From assembly GCA_965262915.1 (NCBI GenBank), contig OZ253564.1, positions 1,344,001-1,408,000 of the forward strand: a stretch of DNA of 64,000 nt, read 5' to 3'. The notes under the pieces were generated by a model that did no database searches, was not told where the DNA came from, and saw nothing but the letters and a program-made list of their open reading frames with translations. The number at the start of each line of letters is the position of its first letter. Within the stretch, counting starts at the first letter, position 1. The position numbers were made by a program, and so were the translations under genes. Origin of the DNA: Candidatus Spongiisociaceae bacterium (lineage in GTDB: Bacteria > Actinomycetota > Acidimicrobiia > Spongiisociales > Spongiisociaceae). This document shows positions 47,897-58,276 of the stretch, one piece after another.

Positions 47897-49114
47897 ATGA
47901 AGACGGTGGATATGGCCATCATCGGCGCCGGTCCCGCAGGCGCGGCCACTGCGATACGCGCCGCCCGCCAGGGTGTCGACACAGTTGTGTTCGACCGGGC
48001 GCCCTATGGCAGGGACAAGGCTTGTGGCGACGGCCTCACGCCGAGGGCGGTGGGCGCCCTGGCCGAGCTGGGGATCGATCTCGGCGAGGCCCACATGATC
48101 GAAGGGCTCCGGATGATCGCCGGCTCCACCGAGCGCGTGCTGCCTTGGCCCGAGACGAGCCGGTTCCCGGCTCACGGGGCCGTCTGGCCTCGTCGCGACC
48201 TTGACGCGGCTCTGATCGATGCGGCGGCGGAGGCGGGCGCCGAGATCATCTGGAGCACCGAGGCGCTCCCGGTATTCGACGGCGAGCAGGTGGTGGGTGT
48301 TGAGGCCGGAGGCGAAAGCTGGTCCGCGGGCATGGTGGTGGCGGCCGGCGGGGCGCCGGGAAAGGTGGCCAGGATGCTGGGCGCAACCCGGGTCGCCGAG
48401 GAGCCCTACGGAGTCGCCATCCGCAGCTACGTTGCTTCGCCTCGTCATGCCGAGAGGTACCTGGAGGCCTGCCTCACCATGCGGGACGCAAGCGGCAATC
48501 CGGTTCCCGGATACGGGTGGATATTCCCCGCAGGTGACGGCACGGTCAATATCGGAGTGGGCGCCCTCTCGACCATGAAGCGGTTCAAGCGCCTCAACCT
48601 CAACTCCCTGCTCGACCTCTACCACGCCCGGGTGAGGAAATCGTGGGGGGTCGGTTCCTATTTGGAGCGGCCCAGAGCCTGGCGCCTACCAATGAGTACC
48701 GCCCGGCGTCACGGTCCCGGATGGGTGGCGGTGGGGGACGCGGCCGGGCTGATCAACCCCATGAACGGTGAGGGCATCGATTACGGCCTCGAGTCGGGAA
48801 TGATCGCCGCCGACCTGTTCGTACGGGATCCGGCCTCCACTCCCGGACTCTACGACCAGATGATCGGCGAACGTTTCGATGCCTTCCTTCGTACCGGCCG
48901 GCGCTTCTCGTTCCTGATCGGCCACCCGGCGATTCTCAGAGCCGGGTTGTACCTGGCTGTGCGGACCCAGGCAACCGCCGGCATCATCTTGCGGGTCATG
49001 GGAAACCTCGTGGACTCGGAATCGCCAGGAGCGGCGGGGAAGGTACTCGCCGCCGCCGACCGGACTCTCGCGGTGGCCGATCCCGTGCTGAGAAGAACCC
49101 GAGCCCGGGGATAG
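47897..49114 (+). CDS. Geranylgeranyl reductase family protein (MenJ-like)
   Basis: IGAGPAG, RDKACGDGLTPRAV, PGYGWIFP, GDAAGLINPMNGEGIDYGLESG. Confidence 0.92.
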   Translation: MKTVDMAIIGAGPAGAATAIRAARQGVDTVVFDRAPYGRDKACGDGLTPRAVGALAELGIDLGEAHMIEGLRMIAGSTERVLPWPETSRFPAHGAVWPRRDLDAALIDAAAEAGAEIIWSTEALPVFDGEQVVGVEAGGESWSAGMVVAAGGAPGKVARMLGATRVAEEPYGVAIRSYVASPRHAERYLEACLTMRDASGNPVPGYGWIFPAGDGTVNIGVGALSTMKRFKRLNLNSLLDLYHARVRKSWGVGSYLERPRAWRLPMSTARRHGPGWVAVGDAAGLINPMNGEGIDYGLESGMIAADLFVRDPASTPGLYDQMIGERFDAFLRTGRRFSFLIGHPAILRAGLYLAVRTQATAGIILRVMGNLVDSESPGAAGKVLAAADRTLAVADPVLRRTRARG

Positions 49115-49199
49115 CCGACCCCGCCCTGATCACCGGCCCCTCGCGACGGGCCACTGGTAGAGTCCGGTAGGGTTCCGGCGAACAGCGAGAGGGCGAGAG

Positions 49200-50387
49200 A
49201 TGGCAGGAATCACCTTCGATGCGGTAGGCAAGATATACGGCGGCGAGACACGGGCGATAGCCGATGTGTCGATAGACGTGGCCGATGGCGAGTTCGTGGT
49301 GCTGGTCGGCCCGTCCGGATGTGGCAAATCGACTCTCCTGCGCATGGTGGCTGGGCTCGAGGAGATAACCGAGGGCACCATCTTCATCGGTGACCGGGTG
49401 GTCAACGATGTGGCCCCCAAAGACCGCGACATCGCCATGGTCTTCCAGAACTACGCCCTCTACCCCCACATGACGGTGCGCGACAACATGGCGTTCGGGC
49501 TGAAGCTGCGCAACACGCCCAAGAAGGAGGTCACAGCCCGCGTAGCCGAAGCAGCCCGGATCCTGGAGATCACCGATTTCCTCAACCGCAAGCCGAGAGC
49601 CCTCTCCGGCGGTCAGCGGCAGCGGGTCGCCATGGGAAGGGCGATCGTCCGGGAGCCGGCCGCCTTCCTGATGGATGAGCCTCTTTCCAACCTCGACGCC
49701 AAGTTGCGAGTCCAGATGCGTTCGGAGTTGGGCTTGTTGCACGCCCGGCTCGGTACCACCACCCTGTACGTCACCCATGATCAGGTGGAGGCCATGACTA
49801 TGGGGGACCGGGTAGCGGTTCTCAAGGCCATCAGCGATGTCGAGTCCAACCTGCAGCAGATCGCGGCGCCCCGCGATCTGTACGACAACCCGGTCAACCT
49901 GTTCGTAGCCGGGTTCATCGGTTCCCCGGCGATGAACTTCGTCTACACCACGGTGAACGCCCGTGGCACCGCCACCTCGCTCGATTTCGGGGGCCACAGC
50001 CTGCCCGTGGATGGCGCTTCCCTTCCGAGGGGAGTCGCTGACAGCGCCGGGAGGGAGATCGTGCTCGGTATCCGGCCGGAGGCGTTCGAGATACGGTCCG
50101 CGGCCGGCGCCGACGGAAGCTCGATGGTGGTGGATATCACCCTGGTGGAGCAGCTCGGCTCGGAGGCCTACGTCCACTTCACGGTGCCGGTGCCGCCGGT
50201 GGTCACCGCTGACATCGAGGCCCTGCTGGCGGACGAGGGCGCCGACAGCAAGTCGCTGGGTGACGAGACCAAGTTCACCGCGAGGATCAATCCCGATCAC
50301 GCTCCGAGGGTCGGCGCCCGTTCCGAGTTGGTGGTCGACACCTCGAAGCTCCACTTCTTCGACCGGGAGACGGGCGACGCTCTATAG
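49200..50387 (+). CDS. Carbohydrate ABC transporter ATPase (MsiK/UgpC-like), orphan
   Basis: [41 protein letters not shown]. Confidence 0.95.
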   Translation: MAGITFDAVGKIYGGETRAIADVSIDVADGEFVVLVGPSGCGKSTLLRMVAGLEEITEGTIFIGDRVVNDVAPKDRDIAMVFQNYALYPHMTVRDNMAFGLKLRNTPKKEVTARVAEAARILEITDFLNRKPRALSGGQRQRVAMGRAIVREPAAFLMDEPLSNLDAKLRVQMRSELGLLHARLGTTTLYVTHDQVEAMTMGDRVAVLKAISDVESNLQQIAAPRDLYDNPVNLFVAGFIGSPAMNFVYTTVNARGTATSLDFGGHSLPVDGASLPRGVADSAGREIVLGIRPEAFEIRSAAGADGSSMVVDITLVEQLGSEAYVHFTVPVPPVVTADIEALLADEGADSKSLGDETKFTARINPDHAPRVGARSELVVDTSKLHFFDRETGDAL

Positions 50388-50648
50388 GGGGTGGTCAAGA
50401 CCTCCCGTTTGGGACCAACCACTGTCCACCGTTTTGGACCACCACCAGTGTCCTGAGGCGGGATACCAGGGCCGGCAACTTGGGGAGCATGGATCTCCTT
50501 GATGAACGCGCGATCTCTGGGGCCGTGGGACTTGTTCACCTCTCGCTACCTAATAAGTGCGCGAAACTTCTGCGTGCCGCTAGACGGCCTCGCTAGTCTT
50601 GGTATGTCCCGCTGCCAGACGGGCGGCGGCGGAAGGGAGGGAAAGAAA

Positions 50649-51974
50649 ATGGCGCAAATGACTCTTGACGGGTATTTCAAAATCTCAGAGCGTGGATCCT
50701 CGGTAGGAACCGAGGTCCGAGCCGGTGTCACCACATTCCTTGTGATGATGTACATCCTGTTCGTCAATGCCGGAATCCTCGGTGATGCGGGGCTTGACCG
50801 TGCTGCAGTGGCAGCTGGTACGGCGTTGGTAGCGGGGATCCTGACGATTGCCATGGGGGTCTTCTCCAACTATCCGATAGCAATGGCTGCCGGCCTCGGC
50901 CTCAACGCCGCGGTGGCGTATGGCCTGACGGCCCAGGGTCTCTCGATAGAAGGCGCCATGGGGGTCATCCTGTGGGAAGGCATCATCATCACCGTCCTCG
51001 TGGTCTTGGGCTTGCGCGAAGCGGTCATGGAGGCGATACCGGCCAGCCTCAAGTACTCGATAGGTGTCGGCATCGGGCTTTTCATCCTGTTCATCGGGTT
51101 GGTGAACGGTGGCTTGGTAAGAAGCGGCGCGGGCACGATCGTCGAGTTCGTGTTCCCCGACACGTTGGCTCATGGGGCGACCCTGATCGGGTTGCTGATC
51201 GCTGTGGCGCTGCTGGCGAGGAAGGTCAAGGGAGCGATGATCATTACGATCGTCCTCACCACTATCGTGGCCTTGCTGCTCGGAGTCGCCGAATGGCCTA
51301 GCGACGTTGCGGCGTCCGTCAGCCTCGAAACGTTCGGCAGGGTTCACATGGGCAACGTGTGGGTCGAGCTTGGCGCGCTTGGAGCCATCCTGACGATCTT
51401 CACCTTCATGCTGACCGACTTCTTCGACACGATGGGCACGGCCACCGCCATCGTCGAGCAGGCTGAGTTGACCGACGACGAGGGCCGCATCCCGAATCTC
51501 CGTAACCTGTTGCTGGTCGACTCGATCGGTGCGGCGGTCGGTGGTCTGTTCGGGGTCAGCTCGAACACCAGCTATATCGAGAGTTCGGCAGGAGTCTCCG
51601 AAGGAGGCAAGACGGGGCTCACGTCGGTCGTGACCGGTGTGCTGTTCCTGATCGCCATAGTCCTTTCGCCCCTGGCCGCGCTGGTACCCAATCAGGCGAC
51701 AGCGCCGGTATTGATCCTTATCGGTTTCCTGATGGTCGGTCTGCTGAGGCACATCGACTTCACGGATCTCGAAGAGGGTTTCCCGGCCTTGCTGGCCGTC
51801 GTCCTCATGCCCTTGACCTTCTCTATCACCGTCGGTATCGCGGCCGGGTTCGTGGTACACACGCTGATCAAGATCGTGAAGGGTAAGGCAAGCCAGATCC
51901 ACGTCTTGATGTGGATCGTCTCGATCGCCAGCCTGATCTACTTCGGTCAGCAGTGGCTGAGCATGTTCCTGTAA
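50649..51974 (+). CDS. NCS2/AzgA-type purine permease
   Basis: TEVRAGVTTF, AAGLGLNA, DFFDTMGT, YIESSAGVSEGGKTGL. Confidence 0.93.
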   Translation: MAQMTLDGYFKISERGSSVGTEVRAGVTTFLVMMYILFVNAGILGDAGLDRAAVAAGTALVAGILTIAMGVFSNYPIAMAAGLGLNAAVAYGLTAQGLSIEGAMGVILWEGIIITVLVVLGLREAVMEAIPASLKYSIGVGIGLFILFIGLVNGGLVRSGAGTIVEFVFPDTLAHGATLIGLLIAVALLARKVKGAMIITIVLTTIVALLLGVAEWPSDVAASVSLETFGRVHMGNVWVELGALGAILTIFTFMLTDFFDTMGTATAIVEQAELTDDEGRIPNLRNLLLVDSIGAAVGGLFGVSSNTSYIESSAGVSEGGKTGLTSVVTGVLFLIAIVLSPLAALVPNQATAPVLILIGFLMVGLLRHIDFTDLEEGFPALLAVVLMPLTFSITVGIAAGFVVHTLIKIVKGKASQIHVLMWIVSIASLIYFGQQWLSMFL

Positions 51975-51992
51975 GCAACGCGTATCCAGTTA

Positions 51993-52028
51993 CGAGAGGG
52001 CGCCTACAGGCGCCCTCTCGCTTATTCT
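51993..52028 (+). terminator. Intrinsic terminator-like hairpin
   Basis: CGAGAGGGCGCC-TACA-GGCGCCCTCTCG followed by CTTATTCT. Confidence 0.75.
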
Positions 52029-52108
52029 GGGGGGTCTTCTTATCGCGACGGCATTGCCCCTGGGTCCGGTGGTCGAGCGGACATCACAACCGAGGAGGAT
52101 CTGAGGGT

Positions 52109-53110
52109 ATGGAGGATTTCGTCCGGGGTCTGCCGAAAGCGGAACTGCATCTCCATATCGAGGGAACTCTCGAACCGGAGTTGATGTTCGAGTTGGCGCA
52201 CCGCAACGATGTGCCCCTGCCGTACGGTTCGGTGGATGAGGTCAGGGCCGCCTACGAGTTCGAAGACCTCCAATCCTTCCTCGACATCTATTACCGGGCC
52301 GCCGCGGTGCTCCGGACCGAAGATGACTTCGCGGACCTGATGTCGGCCTATCTGACCCGGGCGGCTGCCGACGGGGTGCGCCACGCCGAGATCTTCTTCG
52401 ATCCCCAGACACATACCGAGCGGGGGATCGATGTCGGTACGGTGGTCCGCGGATTGGTTCGAGCCCAGGAAGACGCCGCTCCGGGTATCACCTCCACCCT
52501 GATCCTGTGCTTCCTGCGCCATCTGCCGTCCGAAACGGCCGTCGAGGTCTTCGAGGAGGCCCGGCCGTTTCTTGACCATATCCAGGGCGTGGGGCTCGAT
52601 TCCGGCGAGGCGGGCAATCCGCCCGAACTCTTCGCCGAGCCCTACCGGTTGGCTGTTGCGGCGGGTTTGCGGCCGGTGGCCCATGCCGGCGAGGAGGGTC
52701 CGGCGGAGTACGTCAGGGCGGCCCTCGATATCCTGAGCGCCGAGCGGATCGACCACGGGGTGAGAGCCGGCGACGACCCGGAATTGGTCGAGCGACTGGC
52801 CCGGGAGCGGATTCCCGTGACCATGTGTCCCCTCTCGAACCAGAGACTCAAGGTGTTTCCCGACCTCCGCGACCACAACTTGGCGGAGATGATGGACGCC
52901 GGCGTCCTGGTGACCGTCAACTCCGACGACCCCGCCTACTTCGGTGGCTACGTGGGCGATAACTACCTGGCCATCGCCGAGGCCCTGAACCTCGACCGCG
53001 ACCAACTCGTCCAGCTTGCTCGCAACTCGATAGAGGCCTCCTTCCTGCCCGAAGACCGCAAAGCCGTCCTCCAAGACGAGATCACCGGCTACATAGCCTC
53101 CCGCTCCTGA
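52109..53110 (+). CDS. Adenosine/adenine deaminase family protein
   Basis: PKAELHLHIEGTLEP, LQSFLDIYY, HAGEEG, RIDHG, NSDDPAYF. Confidence 0.95.
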   Translation: MEDFVRGLPKAELHLHIEGTLEPELMFELAHRNDVPLPYGSVDEVRAAYEFEDLQSFLDIYYRAAAVLRTEDDFADLMSAYLTRAAADGVRHAEIFFDPQTHTERGIDVGTVVRGLVRAQEDAAPGITSTLILCFLRHLPSETAVEVFEEARPFLDHIQGVGLDSGEAGNPPELFAEPYRLAVAAGLRPVAHAGEEGPAEYVRAALDILSAERIDHGVRAGDDPELVERLARERIPVTMCPLSNQRLKVFPDLRDHNLAEMMDAGVLVTVNSDDPAYFGGYVGDNYLAIAEALNLDRDQLVQLARNSIEASFLPEDRKAVLQDEITGYIASRS

Positions 53111-53188
53111 GGGCCTGCTGCCCGGTCCATCCGTCGCTGTCGCACCCCACCATTATCGTGATGGCGACCAACGGAAGGAGGCGGATCG

Positions 53189-53248
53189 ATGGCCGCTCGC
53201 AGCGGGATAGAGTGGACCGAGGCGACTTGGAACCCGACCACCGGATGA
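53189..53248 (+). pseudogene. 19-codon stub of a DUF5131 (phage Gp37/Gp68) family gene
   Basis: MAARSGIEWTEATWNPTTG* after a strong RBS (GGAAGGAGG). Confidence 0.7.
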
Positions 53249-53443
53249 GGATTCCATGGCCATGCAACACGGGGCGGGTGAACCGGTACTGACCGCCGGG
53301 GAGACCGGATACCGAATCTCCCGGACGCCGTTCGCCTACCGGATGTCATCCCGCGTGCCCGCGCGGGGTCGGCGTCCCCTCCCCGGATAACCGGGCGGAA
53401 CGAGCGGACTCGGTGCTGTCGCACCGGGCAGGTATGGTCTGTC

Positions 53444-53473
53444 TTGGCACAATGCCTGAGGGAGGGCCATAAT
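53444..53473 (+). promoter_or_regulatory. Promoter for rplY-pth
   Basis: TTGGCA-N18-CATAAT. Confidence 0.5.
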
Positions 53474-53517
53474 CTGGCGGTCTCTTCCATCCTTTTGCTC
53501 ATCCCCGAGGAGTCGTC

Positions 53518-54177
53518 ATGTCGGAGGTAATACTGCGAGCCGAGACTGGCCGCGCAACCGGTACGAGGCCGTCGCGCCGGCTGAGGCGTCAGGGCATGGT
53601 GCCCGCCACCCTTTACGGGCATGGCGCCGAAGTCGTTTCGATCGCCGTCGATGCTCGAGAACTTCGTAACGTCCTGGCTACCGACGCCGGGATAAATGCG
53701 GTGATCCGTCTGGGGTTGGGCGAGGAGGTCCACACTTCGCTGGCGCGCCAACTCCAGCGACACCCGACCAGAGGGGACATCATCCACCTCGACTTCGTGA
53801 GGATCGCGCTCACCGACAGCGTGGACGCCGTGGTCTTGATCGAGTTGACGGGCGACCCCATCGGGGTGCTGGCGGATGGTGGGATCATCGAGACGGTCTC
53901 CAATACGGTGAACGTGCACACGTTGGTGACCTCCATACCGGAGTCGATCCAAGTGGACATCTCCGGGCTGCGGGTCGGCGACTCGGTCAGGGTGTCGGAT
54001 CTCCCGGCCTTCGGCGGCCTCGAGTACCTCGACGATCCTGACCAGCCGATAGTCATAATCAGCCTTCCCGCCGCGGCGCTGGTGGAGGCCGAAGAACTTT
54101 CGGAGGAGGACTCCGAGTACGACGGGGCGGCTAGCGATGCCGAGCGGGCGTTGGGAGCGGTAGGCGCGGAGACCTAG
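53518..54177 (+). CDS. rplY: 50S ribosomal protein L25/Ctc
   Basis: SRRLRRQGMVPATLYG, QRHP...IHLDF, acidic tail; upstream of pth. Confidence 0.95.
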   Translation: MSEVILRAETGRATGTRPSRRLRRQGMVPATLYGHGAEVVSIAVDARELRNVLATDAGINAVIRLGLGEEVHTSLARQLQRHPTRGDIIHLDFVRIALTDSVDAVVLIELTGDPIGVLADGGIIETVSNTVNVHTLVTSIPESIQVDISGLRVGDSVRVSDLPAFGGLEYLDDPDQPIVIISLPAAALVEAEELSEEDSEYDGAASDAERALGAVGAET

Positions 54178-54226
54178 GCGTCCGCAGACGGAGTTCCGGC
54201 AAGAGTACCGGGCAACGGGGATCGTC

Positions 54227-54808
54227 ATGAAGGTGATCGTGGGGCTTCACAACCCTGAACCCGCCTACGCGGGCACACGCCACAACGTGGGCGCCGAAGT
54301 GGTGGAGGCGTTGTTGCGGGGTCGGGGAGTGCGTCTGCGGCGCGGCCCCCGCCGGGTTCGCTGCCGCTTGGCGAAGGTCGTCATCGACTCGACGGCGGCC
54401 ACTCTGGCCCTTCCGCGGACATCCATGAACGTCTGCGGGCCTGCGGTGCGGGCCGTCATGGACTACCACAAGGCCAACCCGTCCGACCTGCTGGTCATAC
54501 ATGACGACATCGACCTGCCGTTCGGCAGGCTGCGCCTCCACGAGGGTCGGGGCCATGGAGGTCACAACGGAGTGAGGTCGGTGATCGCGGCTGTGGGCAC
54601 GCGCGGCTTCTGGCGTCTCAAACTGGGCGTCGGACGCCCGCCGGGAAGAATGGACCCTGCCACCTTCGTACTGCGTCGCTTCGCGAAGCCGGAGCGACCG
54701 GAGATCGACCTGATGGTGGGTGACGCCGCCGAGGTGGTGGAGGTCTTCGTGACCGATCCCGACCGCGCCGCCGCCCTGGCCGGTGGACGCCGCCCACCAG
54801 ATTCCTAG
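54227..54808 (+). CDS. pth: Peptidyl-tRNA hydrolase
   Basis: IVGLHNP, TRHNVG, HDDIDLPFG, GGHNG, LGVGRP. Confidence 0.96.
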   Translation: MKVIVGLHNPEPAYAGTRHNVGAEVVEALLRGRGVRLRRGPRRVRCRLAKVVIDSTAATLALPRTSMNVCGPAVRAVMDYHKANPSDLLVIHDDIDLPFGRLRLHEGRGHGGHNGVRSVIAAVGTRGFWRLKLGVGRPPGRMDPATFVLRRFAKPERPEIDLMVGDAAEVVEVFVTDPDRAAALAGGRRPPDS

Positions 54809-54906
54809 GAGGATGCTCAAGAACCCCCCGTCGGCCCGACGGCCGATGGCAAATTACCAGGTCGGCGGACGACGGGCTAACCGCTGTCACCGTTCTTGAG
54901 ATCCTC
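54809..54906. mobile_element. MITE (98 bp)
   Basis: IR GAGGATGCTCAAGAAC / GTTCTTGAG-ATCCTC; flanks CTAG (contains the pth stop) and CTGG. Confidence 0.65.
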
Positions 54907-55024
54907 CTGGCGGTCCGTCCGTGAGCCGGTGCCGCGCCATGCGTCGGTGCCGCGCCCTTCCGCTTCGCAGGCGGACGCTAACTTCGGGTGTCCGACCGGA
55001 TGTAGAGGATGACGGGATAGGGGC

Positions 55025-56521
55025 ATGCGACGAGCAGTTGGAGCCATCGACCAGGGGACGACCAGCACACGGTTCATGATCTTCGACCACGGGGGCGCCG
55101 TGGTGGCCTCCGCGCAACGGGAGTTCAGACAGATCCTGCCCCGGCCGGGATGGGTCGAGCACGATCCGAACGAGATCCGGGAGACCGTGGAGGCCGTGAT
55201 AGCAGAGGCCCTGTCGGCGGCGGGCATGACCGCTCGGAACCTGGCGGCCGTGGGGATCACCAACCAGCGGGAGACCACGGTCGTGTGGGACCGTACCACC
55301 GGTGCGCCCCTGGCCAACGCCATCGTCTGGCAGGACACCAGGACCGGCGGCATCTGCGAGACGCTGGCGGAGGGATACGGCATCGACCGCTTCCGGGACC
55401 TCACCGGCCTTCCTCTCGCCACCTACTTCAGCGGTCCGAAGGCAACATGGCTGCTTGCCAATGTCGAGGGCCTGGAGGACCTGGCAGCCGCCGGGCGGGC
55501 GGTGGTCGGTACCGTCGACTCGTGGATCGTATGGAATCTCACCGGCGGGACCGGCGGCGGGCAGCACGTCACCGATGTCACCAACGCTTCCCGTACGCTG
55601 CTCATGGACCTCGACACGCTCGCATGGAGCGACGACCTGCTGGAGGCGATGGGGGTTCCCCGCTCCATGATGGCCCGGATCCTTCCCTCGATCGGCCGCA
55701 TCGGGATCGGGACCGGTGTGCTGGCCGGGGTTCCCATCTCGGCGATCCTGGGGGATCAGCAGGCCGCCCTTTTCGGTCAGGCGTGTTACGAGCCCGGCGA
55801 CGCCAAGAACACCTACGGGACGGGCTGTTTCATGCTCATGAACACCGGGGCCCGCAAGGTACCGTCGCGCAACGGCCTGCTGACCACGGTCGCCTACCGG
55901 ATCGCGGGCGGGGATCCGGTCTACGCCCTGGAAGGATCGGTGGCCGTCACCGGCGCTGTGGTCCAGTGGCTGCGCGACAACCTGGGGTTGATCTCGACTC
56001 CGGACGAGGTCGAGTCCCTGGCGGCTTCGGTGGAGGACAACGGGGATGTCTACTTCGTGCCTGCTTTCTCGGGTCTCTTCGCGCCCCACTGGAGGTCGGA
56101 CGCCCGGGGGGTCATCACGGGGCTCACCCGATTCGCCCGCAGCGGTCACATCGCCCGGGCGGCGCTCGAGGCCACGGCCTACCAGACCCGGGAGGTGCTC
56201 GAGGCGATGCGGGCCGATTCGGGGGTCTCCCTCACAGAGTTGAAGGTCGACGGGGGGATGGTGGTCAACGAGTTGCTGATGCAGTTCCAGTCCGACATCC
56301 TCGACGTTCCGGTGATCCGTCCTCGTGTGAGCGAGACGACCGCTCTGGGCGCCGCGTACGGCGCCGGTCTGGCCGAGGGGTACTGGGACGGTCTCGATGC
56401 CCTCCGGGACAACTGGCAGGAGGCACGCCGGTGGGCGCCTGCCATGCCGGCCGGGGCTCGGGAGGCGCTCTATGCCAGGTGGCAGGAAGCGGTCGAACGT
56501 TCCCTGGGTTGGATCGGGTAG
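55025..56521 (+). CDS. glpK: Glycerol kinase
   Basis: [44 protein letters not shown]. Confidence 0.97.
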   Translation: MRRAVGAIDQGTTSTRFMIFDHGGAVVASAQREFRQILPRPGWVEHDPNEIRETVEAVIAEALSAAGMTARNLAAVGITNQRETTVVWDRTTGAPLANAIVWQDTRTGGICETLAEGYGIDRFRDLTGLPLATYFSGPKATWLLANVEGLEDLAAAGRAVVGTVDSWIVWNLTGGTGGGQHVTDVTNASRTLLMDLDTLAWSDDLLEAMGVPRSMMARILPSIGRIGIGTGVLAGVPISAILGDQQAALFGQACYEPGDAKNTYGTGCFMLMNTGARKVPSRNGLLTTVAYRIAGGDPVYALEGSVAVTGAVVQWLRDNLGLISTPDEVESLAASVEDNGDVYFVPAFSGLFAPHWRSDARGVITGLTRFARSGHIARAALEATAYQTREVLEAMRADSGVSLTELKVDGGMVVNELLMQFQSDILDVPVIRPRVSETTALGAAYGAGLAEGYWDGLDALRDNWQEARRWAPAMPAGAREALYARWQEAVERSLGWIG

Positions 56522-56579
56522 GCCAATCGGCCCTATTCGGGCGCGGACGGGTGTAGTGTGCCGGACTGGAGGAGTTCCC

Positions 56580-57146
56580 ATTTCGATACCTGACCGGCTT
56601 GCTCTATTCCGGGTTCTCTGCGTCCCGGTGATCATCGGCTTGGTGCTGGCCACCGAGCGGACCGACGCCGAGCACCTGTTCGGTTTCGCGGTGGTGCTCG
56701 TGATCTGTGCCGGTCTGAGTGACTTCTTCGACGGGTACATCGCCCGCAAGCAGGGGATCAGCTCCATAGTGGGGGCGTTCTGGGACACGACCGCCGACAA
56801 AATCCTGGTCAGCGGGGTGCTCATCGCCCTGGTCTCCGTGGACCGGGCTTCGGTCTGGGTCACGTTCATCATCATGACCCGCGAGTTCGTCGTGATGGCG
56901 GTCCGCAGCGTCGTCGCCATCGACGGGAAGGTAGTCCCGGCGTCGCTGGCCGGTAAGGCCAAGGCCACGTTCCAGTTCGTCGCCTTGGGTCTGGCCATGC
57001 TGCGGCTGCCCGACCAATGGGGCCCCTTCTACCTGGACGAGTACTGGATGTGGTTGACCGCCGCGGTGACGATCTCCTCGGGCTGGGACTACATCGCCCG
57101 TTTCCGCGATACGGTCCGCCAGGTGGGGCGACCGGCAGACGCATGA
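56580..57146 (+). CDS. pgsA: CDP-diacylglycerol--glycerol-3-phosphate phosphatidyltransferase (start uncertain, possibly ATT)
   Basis: SDFFDGYIARK...GAFWDTTADK, REF, GKAKA..Q, SGWDY. Confidence 0.85.
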   Translation: MSIPDRLALFRVLCVPVIIGLVLATERTDAEHLFGFAVVLVICAGLSDFFDGYIARKQGISSIVGAFWDTTADKILVSGVLIALVSVDRASVWVTFIIMTREFVVMAVRSVVAIDGKVVPASLAGKAKATFQFVALGLAMLRLPDQWGPFYLDEYWMWLTAAVTISSGWDYIARFRDTVRQVGRPADA

Positions 57147-58114
57147 CCGTCCTCGTAACCGGCGGCACGGGTGTGGTCGGAACGCCGGTGGTGCGGTATC
57201 TAGTCGAGGCGGGGCGGGAGGTGCGGGGCCTGGCCCGGTCCGACGCCTCGGCGTTGTTGCTGGCCGGGATGGGGGCGACTCCGGTCGCCGGGGACATCTG
57301 CGATCCTGAATCCCTGGCGAGGGCGCTGGCCGGGTGCGAGGTCGTCTACCACATCGCCGGGCGGGTGTCGTTCTGTCCGCGGGACCCGGACCGTCTCTAC
57401 GAGGTCAACGTCGAAGGCACCCGCAACGTGGTGCGTGCCGCCCGCCGGGCCGGCGTGCGCAGGCTGGTCCACACCTCCTCCGTGGTTGCCCTCGGGGAGG
57501 AGCCGGGAACGGTTGGCCGCGAGACCACCAGCCACCGGGGCTACTACCTCAGCCACTACGGCCGATCCAAACACCAGGGCGAGACGGCCGCCCTCGCGGG
57601 CGGGGGAGACATGGAGGTGGTGGTGGTCAATCCCTCCTCTGTCCAGGGCGCCGGCCGGGTCACCGGTACCGGTGGTCTGCTGCTGCAGGCGGTCAACGGC
57701 CGGTTCAAGTTCATGGTCGACACGCCGATCTCGATCGTGGACACCGACGATTGCGCCCGGGGTCACCTGGCGGCCGAGCAACGGGGAGTCCCCGGCGAGC
57801 GCTACGTTCTCAGCGGGTTCACCATCGCCATCCGCCGGTTGGCAGCACTCATGGGCGACCTGACGGGGCACCAATACCGGATGCGGTTCATCCCTCGCGG
57901 TGTGCTGGCGCCGGTGAGCCCGTTCGCCGACCTGCTCGGACGGACGGTGCGCTCCGTTCCGCTCTGTCGGGAGACCGTCCTGCTGATGCGCTTCGGCGCC
58001 AGTTACGACGGCTCGCGGGCCACCCGGGAACTCGGTCTGGAATACCGCTCGGCCCGGGAGACCTTCGCTCGGGCGCTCGAGTCTTTCCGGGCCGCCGGCT
58101 TCACCGACGTCTGA
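57143..58114 (+). CDS. NAD-dependent epimerase/dehydratase (HpnA/dihydroflavonol reductase-like)
   Basis: VTGGTGVVG, VNVEGTRNV, HTSS, YGRSK, VNPSSVQG, GERYVL. Confidence 0.9.
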   Translation: MTVLVTGGTGVVGTPVVRYLVEAGREVRGLARSDASALLLAGMGATPVAGDICDPESLARALAGCEVVYHIAGRVSFCPRDPDRLYEVNVEGTRNVVRAARRAGVRRLVHTSSVVALGEEPGTVGRETTSHRGYYLSHYGRSKHQGETAALAGGGDMEVVVVNPSSVQGAGRVTGTGGLLLQAVNGRFKFMVDTPISIVDTDDCARGHLAAEQRGVPGERYVLSGFTIAIRRLAALMGDLTGHQYRMRFIPRGVLAPVSPFADLLGRTVRSVPLCRETVLLMRFGASYDGSRATRELGLEYRSARETFARALESFRAAGFTDV

Positions 58115-58276
58115 GGCCGCCTGCCCCGCGTATCCCCGACCACCAGCGAGACTCCACGGGGATCAGTGGCCGGCAGCGACCCGGACGGCTCCAGGTTCTT
58201 CGTGCCTATGTCCGGTGGGTTGTCAAGAGCGTGGAGCGTGGACAGCCGCCGATGCTTCCCTTCCATATACAGTTAT

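Noticed and set aside
50388-50648. Purine riboswitch upstream of the NCS2 permease
   Set aside because: The conserved three-way-junction core was not recognisable by eye; an Rfam scan is needed to be sure.
53246-53248. TGA at a Cys position in the DUF5131 stub as selenocysteine
   Set aside because: The downstream frame (GFHGHATRG) does not continue the family's Cys motif.
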